Notes under the pieces: model-generated
Told to the model about the DNA's origin: nothing
What the model saw: the letters and a program-made list of their open reading frames with translations, nothing else
Database searches by the model: none
Program-made: the position numbers and the translations under genes
Part shown: in pieces, positions 12,401 to 25,049 of the stretch
Layout: each line of letters begins with the position of its first letter
Position numbering within the stretch: the first letter of the stretch is position 1
Assembly: GCA_036172245.1 (NCBI GenBank)
Contig: JAYWIR010000002.1
Location: 868,001-932,000 of the forward strand
Length of the DNA stretch: 64,000 nt
Source: Raillietiella orientalis
Lineage: Eukaryota
Reading direction: 5' to 3'

Positions 12401-15400
12401 ATTATTCTTGGAATATTCATTTTTCTACCTTGAAATCCTCCAAACCTCAAACCATGGCTTTACTTAGGTGACATGGTCGAGACGCCTGCCATATTACGAA
12501 GAAATGAAATTAGGTAGCTAACGATATCTACTGACATTTTCCAAGTTTCATTAGTTTAATTAGAACTGGTGTTTTCGTGTTTGAACCGTATTTTGTTTGT
12601 GCTTTTGTCGTAATAATTACGGGAAGTAGGAATCTTTGAGGCCAACATTGATGTAATTCCGATTATAGTAACAGCAGAATTCAGTATGTTGAGGTGGTAC
12701 AAGATGTACTTATGGATTTCTCTGCTTTCTTTCCTCCTTTGCAACCAAAAATTGGTTTAGGTCTGGTTGGTTGCACCAATTGATGCATCAAGATAATGCT
12801 GTGCAAAAATGTTAAGGAATGCATGTAGCCTGAGGGGCTTTATCATCCATTTGAAGCAACGGCCTCAGCATTGACTGTGTCAAGGACTCAGAGATCATAA
12901 TTGCAACTCCGAGATTTATTCGTTAGTAGCGAATAGACATTTTTTTTTTAATGTTGATAACTTGTATTCCCGATGAGATTTCGGAGTTTCCAACATTTTT
13001 GAGCTTGTGTGAAATTGTTTCCGCAGAACTAAATTTTGTGCTCCAGCAACCCAGGAGTCCAAAACATTTATCCTAATTTGAAAAGATCAGAAATGAAATC
13101 AATAATTTATGATTCAAAAGCTATAAGCTGTAGTAAATTATTCAGCCAGACACCCAGAAATCTCTGCATCAGTGCTTTCGTAATGAGCGGTGTTGTTTCT
13201 TGAATCCAATCACATTGCATGAATAAAACTTTTAATGCATTGTGTAGTTTAAGTAATAGGTTTTCCTGAATTTGATTAACTCTTATAAAAAGAATTATCG
13301 CTGATGTATTTAATTTTCTATGTCAGTGTGTTTTTCTTCGGTTTTATGGCGACCCGAACGCCCTGAACTTCTTGGTAAAATTCTCTATGCATTGAAGTCT
13401 CACTAAGGAAAAGATCTTTTTGTTGGCCGATGGCTTCGGGATTTCAAAAAATTTCATTTTATGTAATGCATTTTTGCGTACTGTGTTGTCCTATTCGCGG
13501 ATGTGCAAGTAATTGACTTGCCCATGTTCAGCCACCTCGGAAAATTAGACTTCAGGCAACTCTTTTCTCTTTTTATCTGTCCAAATGTTCTGGACAGCAT
13601 AAATCCTCAGAATAATAATAAAGGAAATGCTCGATTTCTACTCTCAACAGGTTTTCCGTTTGCATTGCATTTATTCGACATTTGAGTAAGTATTTGGAAT
13701 TGAAAAATTACTGATTTTGAGGTGTAGCACTGATGCATACCGATGTTTATTCACGGTAATTTTCTTTGATCTTCTCACGTGTTTTAATGGAGTTTCATCT
13801 TCAAGAGGAAAACTGGGAAATTTTCTTCTTGAAATCAAATGTATTGAGTGATCCTCACTTGACATCAAGGATGAAAAACAAATTGTTCCCTTATATTTAC
13901 TTTGCGTTTTATGACCAAGGAGAGATCTTTATCTTTCCTCACATGCATGGTTTGATACTGACTATTGAATTTCTTATTTCTTTGCTGGTAGGATGGATCT
14001 CACTGGTGGTAAATTTCTCCGGAAAAAGTGCTAACGTTCTGATTCTTTTTCATTCAGAATTCAGCAGATTAAGCAATTAGATGAATGTTGCACTAATGGA
14101 AAGGATGGAAAATTTCAGATAAAGTCGACGAAGCGAAATTCATTTAATAACATATTATTATTATTGCTGTTGTCAGGTTCTGATGGAAGACATCTTTATC
14201 GACTGCCACACTGCTTTTGCTCTCATGTACAAAGCTCCACGTTGAGTACAGTGTTTTTACTTTTTTTTTTTTTTTTTAAAGATTAATGACGAGAATGCTG
14301 AAAAGACTGATTTTCAGGACTGATTTTTCCAATTTATAATGTCGCAAGTTTTCGTTTTCTTTCTTTTTTTTTTCTTTTCCTCTCAGAACTACCTATGCCG
14401 CTTTAACATATTAGTTTCATAAATTCAGTTTTTTTCGATGAAAAAATCGGCTCCGTGTCAGCATCCGTAAGGATACTGAGAGTCTGAAATCGAAGGTCGT
14501 TCAGAGATTCCTTGAAAAGAGTCAGCCCACAAATGCATTTACAGCCTGGAACACATCTTATTTTTAAATGAATGGTCTTAAAATGGCAGGTTATCTTAGG
14601 AAATGGCGTTAATTAAACGTGAATTTTCCCCTCAACTGTGTGATAGGAACAAGAATCTTGCCTCAATAAAATGGAACTCGATGGGGAACAGGGAAGACTA
14701 CGTGGCAACTCATGGCAGCAAGTGAAGAAGGGAAGATGGTTAAGTTTGTGAGGCGCTCAAGCAAAATGAAATGATTTCCAAAACCCAAATCTGTCTGATG
14801 TTCATCAAAGAAAGTTGAATAGGGAAAAAGACTTTCAGCGAACTGTAAATAAGAAACGAATGTCAATTGTCTTTCTGTCTTTGAACGACAGAAATCGTAT
14901 GGCGCTCGGAATTAACAAGCTGTTGTTTTGGTTAACCATTTGGTGGAGCACCCTAAAAGGATGGGAAGCAAAAAACATGGGCTTGCAGTCTGTTGCAGAC
15001 AAAGAATGATTTACAGACTAATAAGTTTTTCCAAAAGTAGGTTGTAATGGAGCCATGATATGAAACTACAAACTCATCTGAAGAATGACAACAAATTACT
15101 GGTAACTCAGTACTAAAATCAGCATTTCAAAATAAAACGTTAAATTTTACGTGATTAAAACAAAGCAGCTGAATTCTTCATTCCCTCGGTCTACTCGAAG
15201 TTTTGCACTTGGGGGAAGTTCAAATCCTCAAAATTTTTCCTTTGAATTTTTCAGCCACGATTATCTGTTTTGTGAAACAGCATATCACTGAGTGAAGTGA
15301 GGAAAATGCAGTTATCAGCATTCTTTTTAATTTTATCCGTATAAAACTGACTGCTTTCCTCAGATTCCTACCTTTGGTTACCTTATTTTTAATGATTTCA

Positions 15401-15779
15401 TGTCTCATTAAAGGGGATTTTGTGTCGCCATTGACACAAAAAATTGTAGCTCTTGTATCTTTTGCTGCTTTAATCAAATTTCAAGATGCTCCTCCATAAC
15501 TGCTGCCTGTAAGCCATCCAACCAATCAGTTTGAATCTGAGAGGTCCATCCAAAGTCAATTCTTTAGTGAAAAGTATAAACAATGAAGCACAAATAAGCC
15601 TTTTGCACATGAGCGAAAATGAAAAGTACCAAACTACTATTCTTTACCGGAAATGACTTCCCCTAGATTTCGTCAACTGCTTTTCTTGCTTTGATCTTCC
15701 TTAATGGAATGCACTGGAGATTTCTGCTTATTGATTACGCATAAAATTATTGCTGAATTAAGCATACATACTCTTGCAA

Positions 15780-16320
15780 GCGTGTACTGAGCCGGAGTTG
15801 AAGTATTTTCAAGGAATTGGTTCTCTTTAAGAATGGCCACTTAAAAATCACTCTTGAAAAAGCAAAACAAAACCTTCACTGACAGATAATTAGATGTCGC
15901 AGATGCATTGAGGCTGAAATACTAAACGGGTCACTTGTAGTCCTGATTTTTATACTCCGAGCATTTCTGCTTGTAGTCCTTTGTAGCAAATTGGAGTCCT
16001 TGCAGCAAATTTTAATTTTCCGAGGGCACCTTTTTTTTGGATCGCAAAATTATTGCAGGAGTACAATTTGCTCTCATTCCAGCGTGATTGGTTATGCAGC
16101 ACTTTGTTCGCTTTTCAATCGGCATCACAAGCAGTTTATTCTGGAATTGCAAATTCACTGTCTTGACCAGACGGACATTTGCTGGATCCATCCCTAGAGA
16201 CCACATTCTCCTGATTTTATTGAAGTGGGAAAAGTTATAAATATCCAGGTTATCTTTGAGAGCTGCAGCAAATGAAAACTGAACTCTGTCCCTTCTCGTG
16301 TTCAAATACATGGTGGATGC
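15780..16320 (-). mobile_element. Possible pogo/tigger-like DDE transposase remnant
   Basis: GMDPANV...KTVN...IEKRTKCCITNHAG...PAIILRSKKKVP resembles pogo NMDET..TV..EKxxxTxxLxxxAxG..PxIIFKxK. Confidence 0.35.
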
Positions 16321-19300
16321 GGATTACCTACTCTGTTCAAGATCATTGTCCAGAGAAAACTCTGAAATCTGTTAGCAAGGTCGACGACCCTTAGAGTTCC
16401 TTCAAAGTTTCCTGCCTTCTCCTTTTCCCATGCTGCCAGTGCCGATATACTGTGCTTTCGGCATACAAGTTTTCATTCAACAAGCATGAAAATTGTTTTT
16501 AGCAAAGGGAACGCCTCACCGAAAATTATGGGACTGTGTCGAATAAGTTGTAGAAGTATCCTAAAATTGAATTTTCTAGCTGACAATTCATTTGACTCAT
16601 TATAAGACTGAATGCTGAAGGGAGAATGTTCGAGTTGAGATATCAGATGAACGTGATGATTCCTAAGATAACTTTTAGATTTCTGAGGTTTTTGCGACGG
16701 GAAATCACGAAGAGTGTTAGAGTAAGAGTGTAGCGTTAGAGTCTTTTGACTTAAAAGAAAGGTGGATGGATTCTTAAGCTTCTATTTACAGAATATAGCA
16801 TACAATATTCGTCTATAGCAAAAGTTTGCCAGATTTTAATGGCCTGGCAACACAGTCGTCATAATTTTGAAAAATAGAGTTTCCATCGTTAATTGCAGGA
16901 AAAATGTGGTTCTATCGATTATCTATGAGAGCAAAAAATGTGTTGGGAGTAATCAAAAGCGCCAAACGAATCCACTCAAAAATACGAAATTAGAGTTTGG
17001 CATCCAAGAGATTCAGTTTTAATTTTTCAGATAAATGTCAATGGCAGTTCGCAACATTTTGCTTTCATAAAAGCAATTCGTTTCAATGATGTTCTGCCTC
17101 CAAATAAATAATTCCTCGTTTCGATCATTCCGAAGTTCTGCTTTACCAAGAGTTCAACTTCAAAATTCTTTAGAAACAGTCTGCTTCTGGAAGCTGATAA
17201 GGATATCACCAAATTACTTATGAATTTGGTGATATCCTTATCAGCCTCCGGAAAATCTGAATCTGAAAGTTGAATGAATTCATCTGTCCGGATGAGTCCG
17301 AATTGCAACTTTTAGCCACTTGTTCATGATCTCGATAATAACTCTATCCGAAATTCGCTGAAATATTCTGGCAGGTGCACTTATACCTTAGGACGGTCCA
17401 GTGTTAAACGGTTTTAATGGCTCAAGACATTTTGAAATGAGTTTCCTTTTTGCAAATCACCCTGGGCCTTTGCTTTCATGAAATAGCGAACCGCCAGTTT
17501 GCACCAGGAGTATTTAACAAATAATCTTTTAAACTTAAAAAAAAAAAGCACACTCGCCATGGGTTTTTGATACTTTAGTTGTTACAACTATATTCGAATG
17601 CAATCACTGAACCTTTTCACATTATACCACATTAAGTCTGCACAGACAATGCATAAAAATCTGTGCGTATCACACCCCAAAATGTACCTTAAAGGCAAAT
17701 GTTTCCGACTTTCAACTGCAAAAGGTGAGTTATTCCTTCATAAAAAAGATCTGCCGTGTGCCTATTTAGGTAAAGAACCACATTTTCCCCAGACAATCCT
17801 TCGATGCACATTAAGGACTTTACAACATACGTGTTGCACATTTAAGTCATTAATCTAGTCCTCAACAAATTTTAAGTATCTGTTTCTCTCCTTTTTTGAC
17901 CGTATTTAATTTCCCTTCCAATGCTGGAATCTAATAAAACATTAAGAATCTTTTCATGTTGCCAGGCCCTGTGTTATGATGGTCAGGCTTCAATTGTGCC
18001 CATGAATGGTGAAAAATCCATTTATTTTCCATAATTACAAAAATCCTGCCTTACCATATTTTGCACCACGGATAACTGATTCTAAACAAATTTGCCAGTT
18101 TCCTTTTACGGTTTGGATCATACATAATACTCCAACTCAACAAAGGGAGGCAACTAATTAATTTCAGGGCATCTAAATGCTTAACAAGGGATAGTTGTGG
18201 TTTAACTCAAAGTATCATTTATTGAAGTTTACTTGAATTTATACATAGAAAATGTTTGCCAAGCAACCATTCGAACTGAAACGCATCGTATTTATTTGAA
18301 CAATACTCAATGTTTATTGTGTAGGCATGATCAGGGTAACATACAATCAAAGGTTTCAGGACCAGTGGCTATGATGTTTTGGAGAGCTCTGGTATGGTAA
18401 AACAGACAAATAAATGCATTGAAGTGTACGTTATTTATACACATGGGATCCTCGTCTCTAACCCATTTATTAAAAAGTTTGTTTTTTAAAAATGATATCA
18501 TGTTTGAAGATCGAACACATAGAAATCTGTCTGATTTTTTTTTTAAAATATATTTCAGCTATTCTTTCAATTAATCCTTTTTCAGAATTTAAAACTGCTA
18601 ATGCTTTTTTAAAGAGCAATTAGCAAGCTTTAAATTTTGAAATTTCCATAGGAGGTTATATCACAAGTGGGTCATATTGATTTTGTAATCTTATTGCTTT
18701 CCATGTTTTACTCTCAAAATGGTTTGCTAGCAAGGAAAAGCAGCAGTTTCTTCATTATAGACAACCATGCAATTGATAACATGCAGGATATATAACAAGC
18801 AACACATGCCCTTCAATGTAGACTACTACTCCACAATATCAAATTCTTTGAAAATACTTTGAAACAAAATTCAAACTCTTAGATCCCAAGAACAATTAAC
18901 TGTAATGACTGTTTGTGAAAGATTCTTATGAATTCAAAAGTTCCCACTACATTCTAAAACATATGTAAGGTATGAATTTCAGAGAATACAAAACATATCA
19001 TATTAGAATAAGTCGAAAAACTGTGCTGAAAAATCTTTTCGGCAATCTTTAATGCTACATACAAACTAAAAAATAGATTAATAATAAATAAAATTAAATA
19101 ATTAAGCAACAAAGAATCCTAAAAATAAGATCTTAAAAAAACTAATTCACAATGAAATACTGCAAATAAACACATATGAAACCAAAACTAAGGAAACCAA
19201 TGCTAATACAAAAGCTATCTTAATTTTAAATGCATCAAGAACCTTGATTCCTCAAACTTGCCTGAAGAAAAGAACCTTGCAAACACGGTCAAGAATTTTG

Positions 19301-19782
19301 TTAAGGCCATCATCACAGGCAGCAGGAAAAATTCAATAATTAATTAGCATCTTAATTTTGCACAATCACTTAGTAGGAGTCAAAAGTTATGCATTGAACA
19401 GCTAGATATTCCACAAGCCCACATTATAAGGTTCTATAACATGGAGCATCTTGCACTTCAGTTACAAATAAATATTGCATTTAAATAATTAATCCTGATT
19501 ATTAACAAGCTTAGTTGGCACATAACATTTGCCTTCTGAATATTATTAAGGTGATATTTGGAAAATAACACCAAACATTTGGTTAAAATGTTGCTTTACT
19601 GAAATCTCATGAAACAACCACATCCAAATCTCCCAATTCCTTTTGAAATACAAAACACAAATATTACGTGAAGTACACAAAATATGAAGGAAAAAAAAAG
19701 CCCATGAAAAAAACCTACTGAGAAATCACAGTACCACTGTTGTTATGCCCATTTGGGAACCCAAAATACAACTAGATTCAAT

Positions 19783-20691
19783 TTAAAATATCATATTATG
19801 GGGATACATTCCTTTTCTCAGCTCAAATCGAGCTCCAAGATAAGCAAACATCATTTTCTTATCTGGATGGGCACGAACAGCCTTAATTATCTCTTGATCA
19901 ACCAGTTTTTGATCCTCTTTTCTCTTTTCACTGACAGTATAACCCTGAAATCATCTTAACAACAAAAAACACAGTTATAAGTCAAACCTCTTTTTTTTCT
20001 TCGAATATATTGGCATCACCCTTCTTTTTCTCCTTTTTCTTTTTACGGAAATATTCATCATTAATATGTTTGGGAAGAGAAAACTTAGACAAATCTAGAT
20101 GAGTGGAAGTAGCTATTAGGTAGTTCTGATTTATTCTTCTTAAGGGACATGCATTTATTTTAAAGGGGCCTGTGACCAAACACAAACCACTGCGTGGTAA
20201 CTGTTTAATGAAAACCACTCTTTTTCCTTTTTGTAGTCCTGCAACTATAATGCAAATAGTTCCAGGGGTCAGACTGGAACGTAGTCGTGCAATACGTGTT
20301 GACTTCCGTTTTCTTGGAACACCAAGCATTTGAGTCCTTCAAAGTGTGTAATGTGATATTTAAACTAATATCCTTACCTTTTTTCTAGAGGATGAAACTT
20401 GGGATTTTTTCTGAACTTTACAATTCTGAATCCTCCATTCTTATCACCACCAATTTTCTTTTTAACAAAATGTCGTGGCTCTTTAGCATGTTTCTAAATA
20501 GATGATTAAAGAGGCGACACTTAGAGAAAAAATACCTTAACATCTTTTTGCAAATTTTCATGATGAATTCTTTTATACATGGCACATTTCTGATACATGC
20601 GTGCTTTACTAAATCTCATAACGCCACTACTTAAATTATAATTTCTGGATCTTCCACTTTTCCTTTGCTTATCTTTGGATGTCTTTTCCAT
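19783..20691 (-). CDS. RPL6: 60S ribosomal protein L6 (eL6), 260 aa; coding exons 20691-20536, 20493-20378, 20336-19988, 19944-19783
   Basis: Splicing three GT-AG introns (42, 41, 43 nt) gives a continuous 783-nt [36 protein letters not shown]...[15 protein letters not shown]...[29 protein letters not shown]...[26 protein letters not shown]...[11 protein letters not shown]...[19 protein letters not shown]. These are hallmark eL6 motifs. Confidence 0.97.
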
Positions 20692-23600
20692 TTTTTTTTC
20701 TAATAACGAGCAACTATTTTATTTTGTTTCAGACTAATTATCTAAGAAGACAATTTTTAATTAACAAGCATGGCATAAGAACTTTTGTGTAACAACTCAA
20801 AACTTTGTTCCGAATAGCATGAAAAGTTTTTGTAAGTCGCATCTCATAAAACATGTTCCAGATTGTTAACCTTTGATTTCAGTATACATCTAATTCCCTC
20901 ACTCTCCCATACATGCATAATACTTTTACTCAAACTGTATGTGAAATCGAACTGCGGCTATAAGGAACTAAAATGAACTTGTTAAGTTGCGCACAATGAA
21001 GAAATTTTTAGTAAATAACTACAATTTCGTAGTTTGCTGATTTGATCTACTAACAGTAAGCTGCACGCATTAATGGCACTGAATAAAAATGGTAAACCAT
21101 ATTGGGTACGCTTACAGTTTTCAATCAGTTTCAGTGAAACCCACAACTGCCTTGAAAACTTTCCTGGAACAGTTAGTCAAATTGAGTTAACATTTTTCAA
21201 AACTTCGATTCAAAAATGCGTGCTAGCAGGCATCGTTAATTTGTATTTGCACTCCAATTGGATTAGTCCTTAAAGCAACTAAGATATCCAGAATCCTAAC
21301 CCCAAAGCCCATCCTAACCCATCCTAACCCTAAAATAACCAATCCACTGTAATTTTTTTACAACTAACTCTAACTATTTTAAACTAAACTACGTATTTTG
21401 ATGTAGGCAATCAACTTAGCTTTACACGGTAGAAATGCAAAATCACAAACAGGAAACACATTCCAATTCGGGAGTGCCAGCATGTGAATTAATGTTATTC
21501 AAGTCGTTCATAACTAGCAAAGAACTCTGAAATCAAAGAATAGGTGATTGTGTGTAATCTATTGCACTTTTATTCTCACTTTGAAATTCGCAATATAAGT
21601 GTAATAATGTCTCAAAATGATACACATAACTAATAAAAACATACTAAAAATATTTTTGAGCCTTAAATTTCTCTGCTCAATACAATAGAACAGTTTTAAT
21701 TTAAATTGCTTAAGTGCTTTCAATTTGAGGCTGCCTTCTTTTGGATTTCATCAATATATAGGGCTATTTTCATTCTTGGATTATAAAAACATGAAAACGA
21801 AATCTAAAGTACTGTATTTGTATAGATGATTTTCTTGCGTTTAACATAGCTTGATCTTAAGCGTTTTTAAAATTTACATTATTAGAACTTGTAGGAAAGT
21901 CATATAAATGTGTATATAGGAAACTCCAAGGCCGTTTGTTCAATACATTCCAGATGATTATACAGGAGGTGTATTTGAAGCGTGATATCCACATGAAAAC
22001 TCGAGCTTTTTTTTCCGACCATTGCATTCGTCTTCAGCTATGTATTTAAAAAATTTCAAAATACAAAAACAATGCTTATTTTAACTACAAGAACTTTATC
22101 TTTATTTAATGAAAACAACTGAAAAGAAAACGTATATTCATGTATGCATACCAATTTTGATTCAAGAAAAAATTATTTGCAAGACTATTTCTGGAGAAGC
22201 ACAAATGATTCCGTACATTGAAGGTCATAATCTTAACTGTACTCAAGTGAGAAATTTATTTTGTTTTATTTTGAATTGGAGAGTTTGTTAATGTATCTAG
22301 ACCTAAAATTCTGTTGAAGTACGCTACTGATGGCTCTCAAAAATCTGAAGAAATAAATATAGGACAATAGGAAGTTCGTATAGAAGCTTTTTCGAGATTA
22401 AAAGGGATCTTATTTCCGGAATGTGTGTACTACAAAAAAAGAAAGAAATGGAAAAACTCGAGAGGAATTCTCTTGCATTAACATGATTTATAATGAGTGC
22501 AGTTTGCAACAAAAACATAGATGTATATGATCATTAATTTCTTCATTGTAAAATGGATTCGCAAACAAGGGTTAATGTTCAAATTATTTCATCTCCAACA
22601 AAGAATTAGTTTAAAGTAGTGGGACACTGGAAAATTAAGAAACGGGAAATGTTTTGCTATATGAAATACTATGTTGTTATTCAATGACTTCATAAGATGA
22701 GGATTATAGTCTTTTGCTAGGGAATAATTTCATTCGTGGAACTTGGGGTTATCATTAATAAAATGATGTCTTAAGTAGATTTTGATTACAAAATCTGACT
22801 TGTGAGATGAATTCTATGCATATGTTTGTTTTCTTACAAGTGACATACAATCATATTAGGCAAGCCTACTTCTAGAGTTTCACTTATTTACGTCAATTAT
22901 CTAAGTAAAGAACAGCATATTCTTTCCAATAACACAAATTATATGAGCGTGTAGATATTTTCACTTTTTATAGCAAGTAGTTCTCTGACTGCACAGAAAT
23001 GTATGCTTTCATCATTTTCGGCTTCATTATTTTCCCGCATTCATTTTTATTACTGTTTGTTTTCCATACTTGTTTCTTGTTCATGCTCTATGCGTTTAAC
23101 TGGTTTCGATTCCTTTGATATTCAGCATAGCAATCAATAAAGGCTACTTTTCTCTGCTTTTCAATTTGATAACTTCTGGCTATGAAAAATCTCATTCATG
23201 ATTTCTATTGACTATTGCATAACGTTAACAAGAATCCTACTGTAATCAGAAGTGTTACTGGCAATCCTGTTTTGTGTGTTGATTATTAAGGAGAGTGAAA
23301 ATCATCAAGATCTCGAGCACACAAATTTCATGCTTTGGAAACATCAATGAACTACTACGACTTCTACTTTAGTACTGGAGCGTTTGATCCGCAATTCTTA
23401 TCAAAAATTGCCTTTTCATGAATTTTCAGTTTTGAAGTCCATGCAGACGTACTAGACGTGCTTTTGAGATGAATAGTAAAACATAATTTTTCTCTTTTTG
23501 CATTACTTACTTTTTGTACATCCGAATCGTCAGGACTAAATTTTGCATAAGATGCAAGCATCTCTCTTCTTTCATGTAAGATGTTTTACCACTGTGTCTC

Positions 23601-25049
23601 TCAACTCCGATTTCAAGTCATCAAAAAAGCTTTAAAAATCAAATAAGCATCATATTCTCTTAGCAGAAGAAATGTAGAGCTGTTTATGTGATGTGTTACC
23701 GCGTTCTTTTTGGTCTTTTTAAATTCCATACTCTTTTGTTTTTGCTTCTTAACTCTACCAGATCGCAAGTGATGAAGCATTCTACCATTATCTCCAAACA
23801 AATTTGGTTTCTCTGAGATTTGTTTTCTTCTTCTTCTTGTTTTTTTAAATAGTCTAAGCATCCAAACTTAGTCTCCATTTCTTAAATATCTATCCACCTA
23901 TTGAATGCTTCCACTTTTTTTTAAATTTTTTTTTAGTGATTTTGGATGCATTTAATCTCTTAATGAGGTCTTCAAGACACAACTAATTCACTTTTATAGT
24001 CATCGGCTTTTTGCATGTTAGGAAAAAATGCATACATCGTTTTATGCTTCATGTAGGTGCTTCCCTGCTTTCGTTTGTCTAGAAATCATGCATTTTATAC
24101 CTGGCAGTTGGTCGAGGGTCCGCATTATGGTGATCGGTAAATACACTCTAAACTATCAATCGTTACATTGTTACATTTTTTTTCGATTTTTCAATCTGCA
24201 GTATGTTCCAACATTCACCATCAATTTATTTAGAAAGTCACACTTTCGTCGATCGTTGAAAATGAGAACTTGTCATGCAAGCATGAAAGACTCGTTCTGA
24301 AGTTACAAATTAGAAACAGAGTTCCCTTTTCTTGAAGGTGGAAGTGATTAATCAAAAAATTGCCGCAATGACGTGCACTAGAACCACCATGAGTAATTTG
24401 ACTTGTATGCACTGCAGGCACTCCAGTGACCACCGCTTCGCTGAGACGCTTCCGTCTGGCGTTGTGGTCGACCTGATATCCATCGCCGCCAGTGTTGACT
24501 TGTGTGATTCCGGAATTCTTTCCCACTGTGCCATCGAATGCCACTGCTCATGAACTTCCCAATTCATTTCATTTCTTGACCATTGAAGGATGGCCGATAA
24601 CACTGGAAACGAAGCGTTTCTTCTTTTGGTGTTTTGCCCTCGTCCGTGAAGAAGAATTGTGTTCAGTTTTGCAAGCTTCCATCGCGATGTGTCAAAGGCA
24701 AAGCGTGGTGTCAAGAGAACAAGGATGAAATTTTTTTTTTCCAAATAAAGTCTGTAGGTTTCATTTAAAGTTATCGTTTTAGTTCTTTTCTTTCTTATTT
24801 TCACTGATCTTTCATTGCTTCCATCAGTCAATTCATTCGTCAATTATTTTTTGATCACCTGATCACCTGAGTTGCTCCATTACATGAAGTATCGTCATTA
24901 TTTTCCTTTCATTGCAAATTTATTTATTTTTTCACTCCTGCGTGATCTAAAGGATGGATGAAAGTGGCGAAAAGGCAAGCAACAGGAGAAAAGATGATAC
25001 AAAAATCAAACGGAATACAATAAAATCGTTCTGCATACTTTCAGGTTCT

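Noticed and set aside
16428..16854. hAT-like TIR pair
   Set aside because: Only about 9/12 match and no target-site duplication seen
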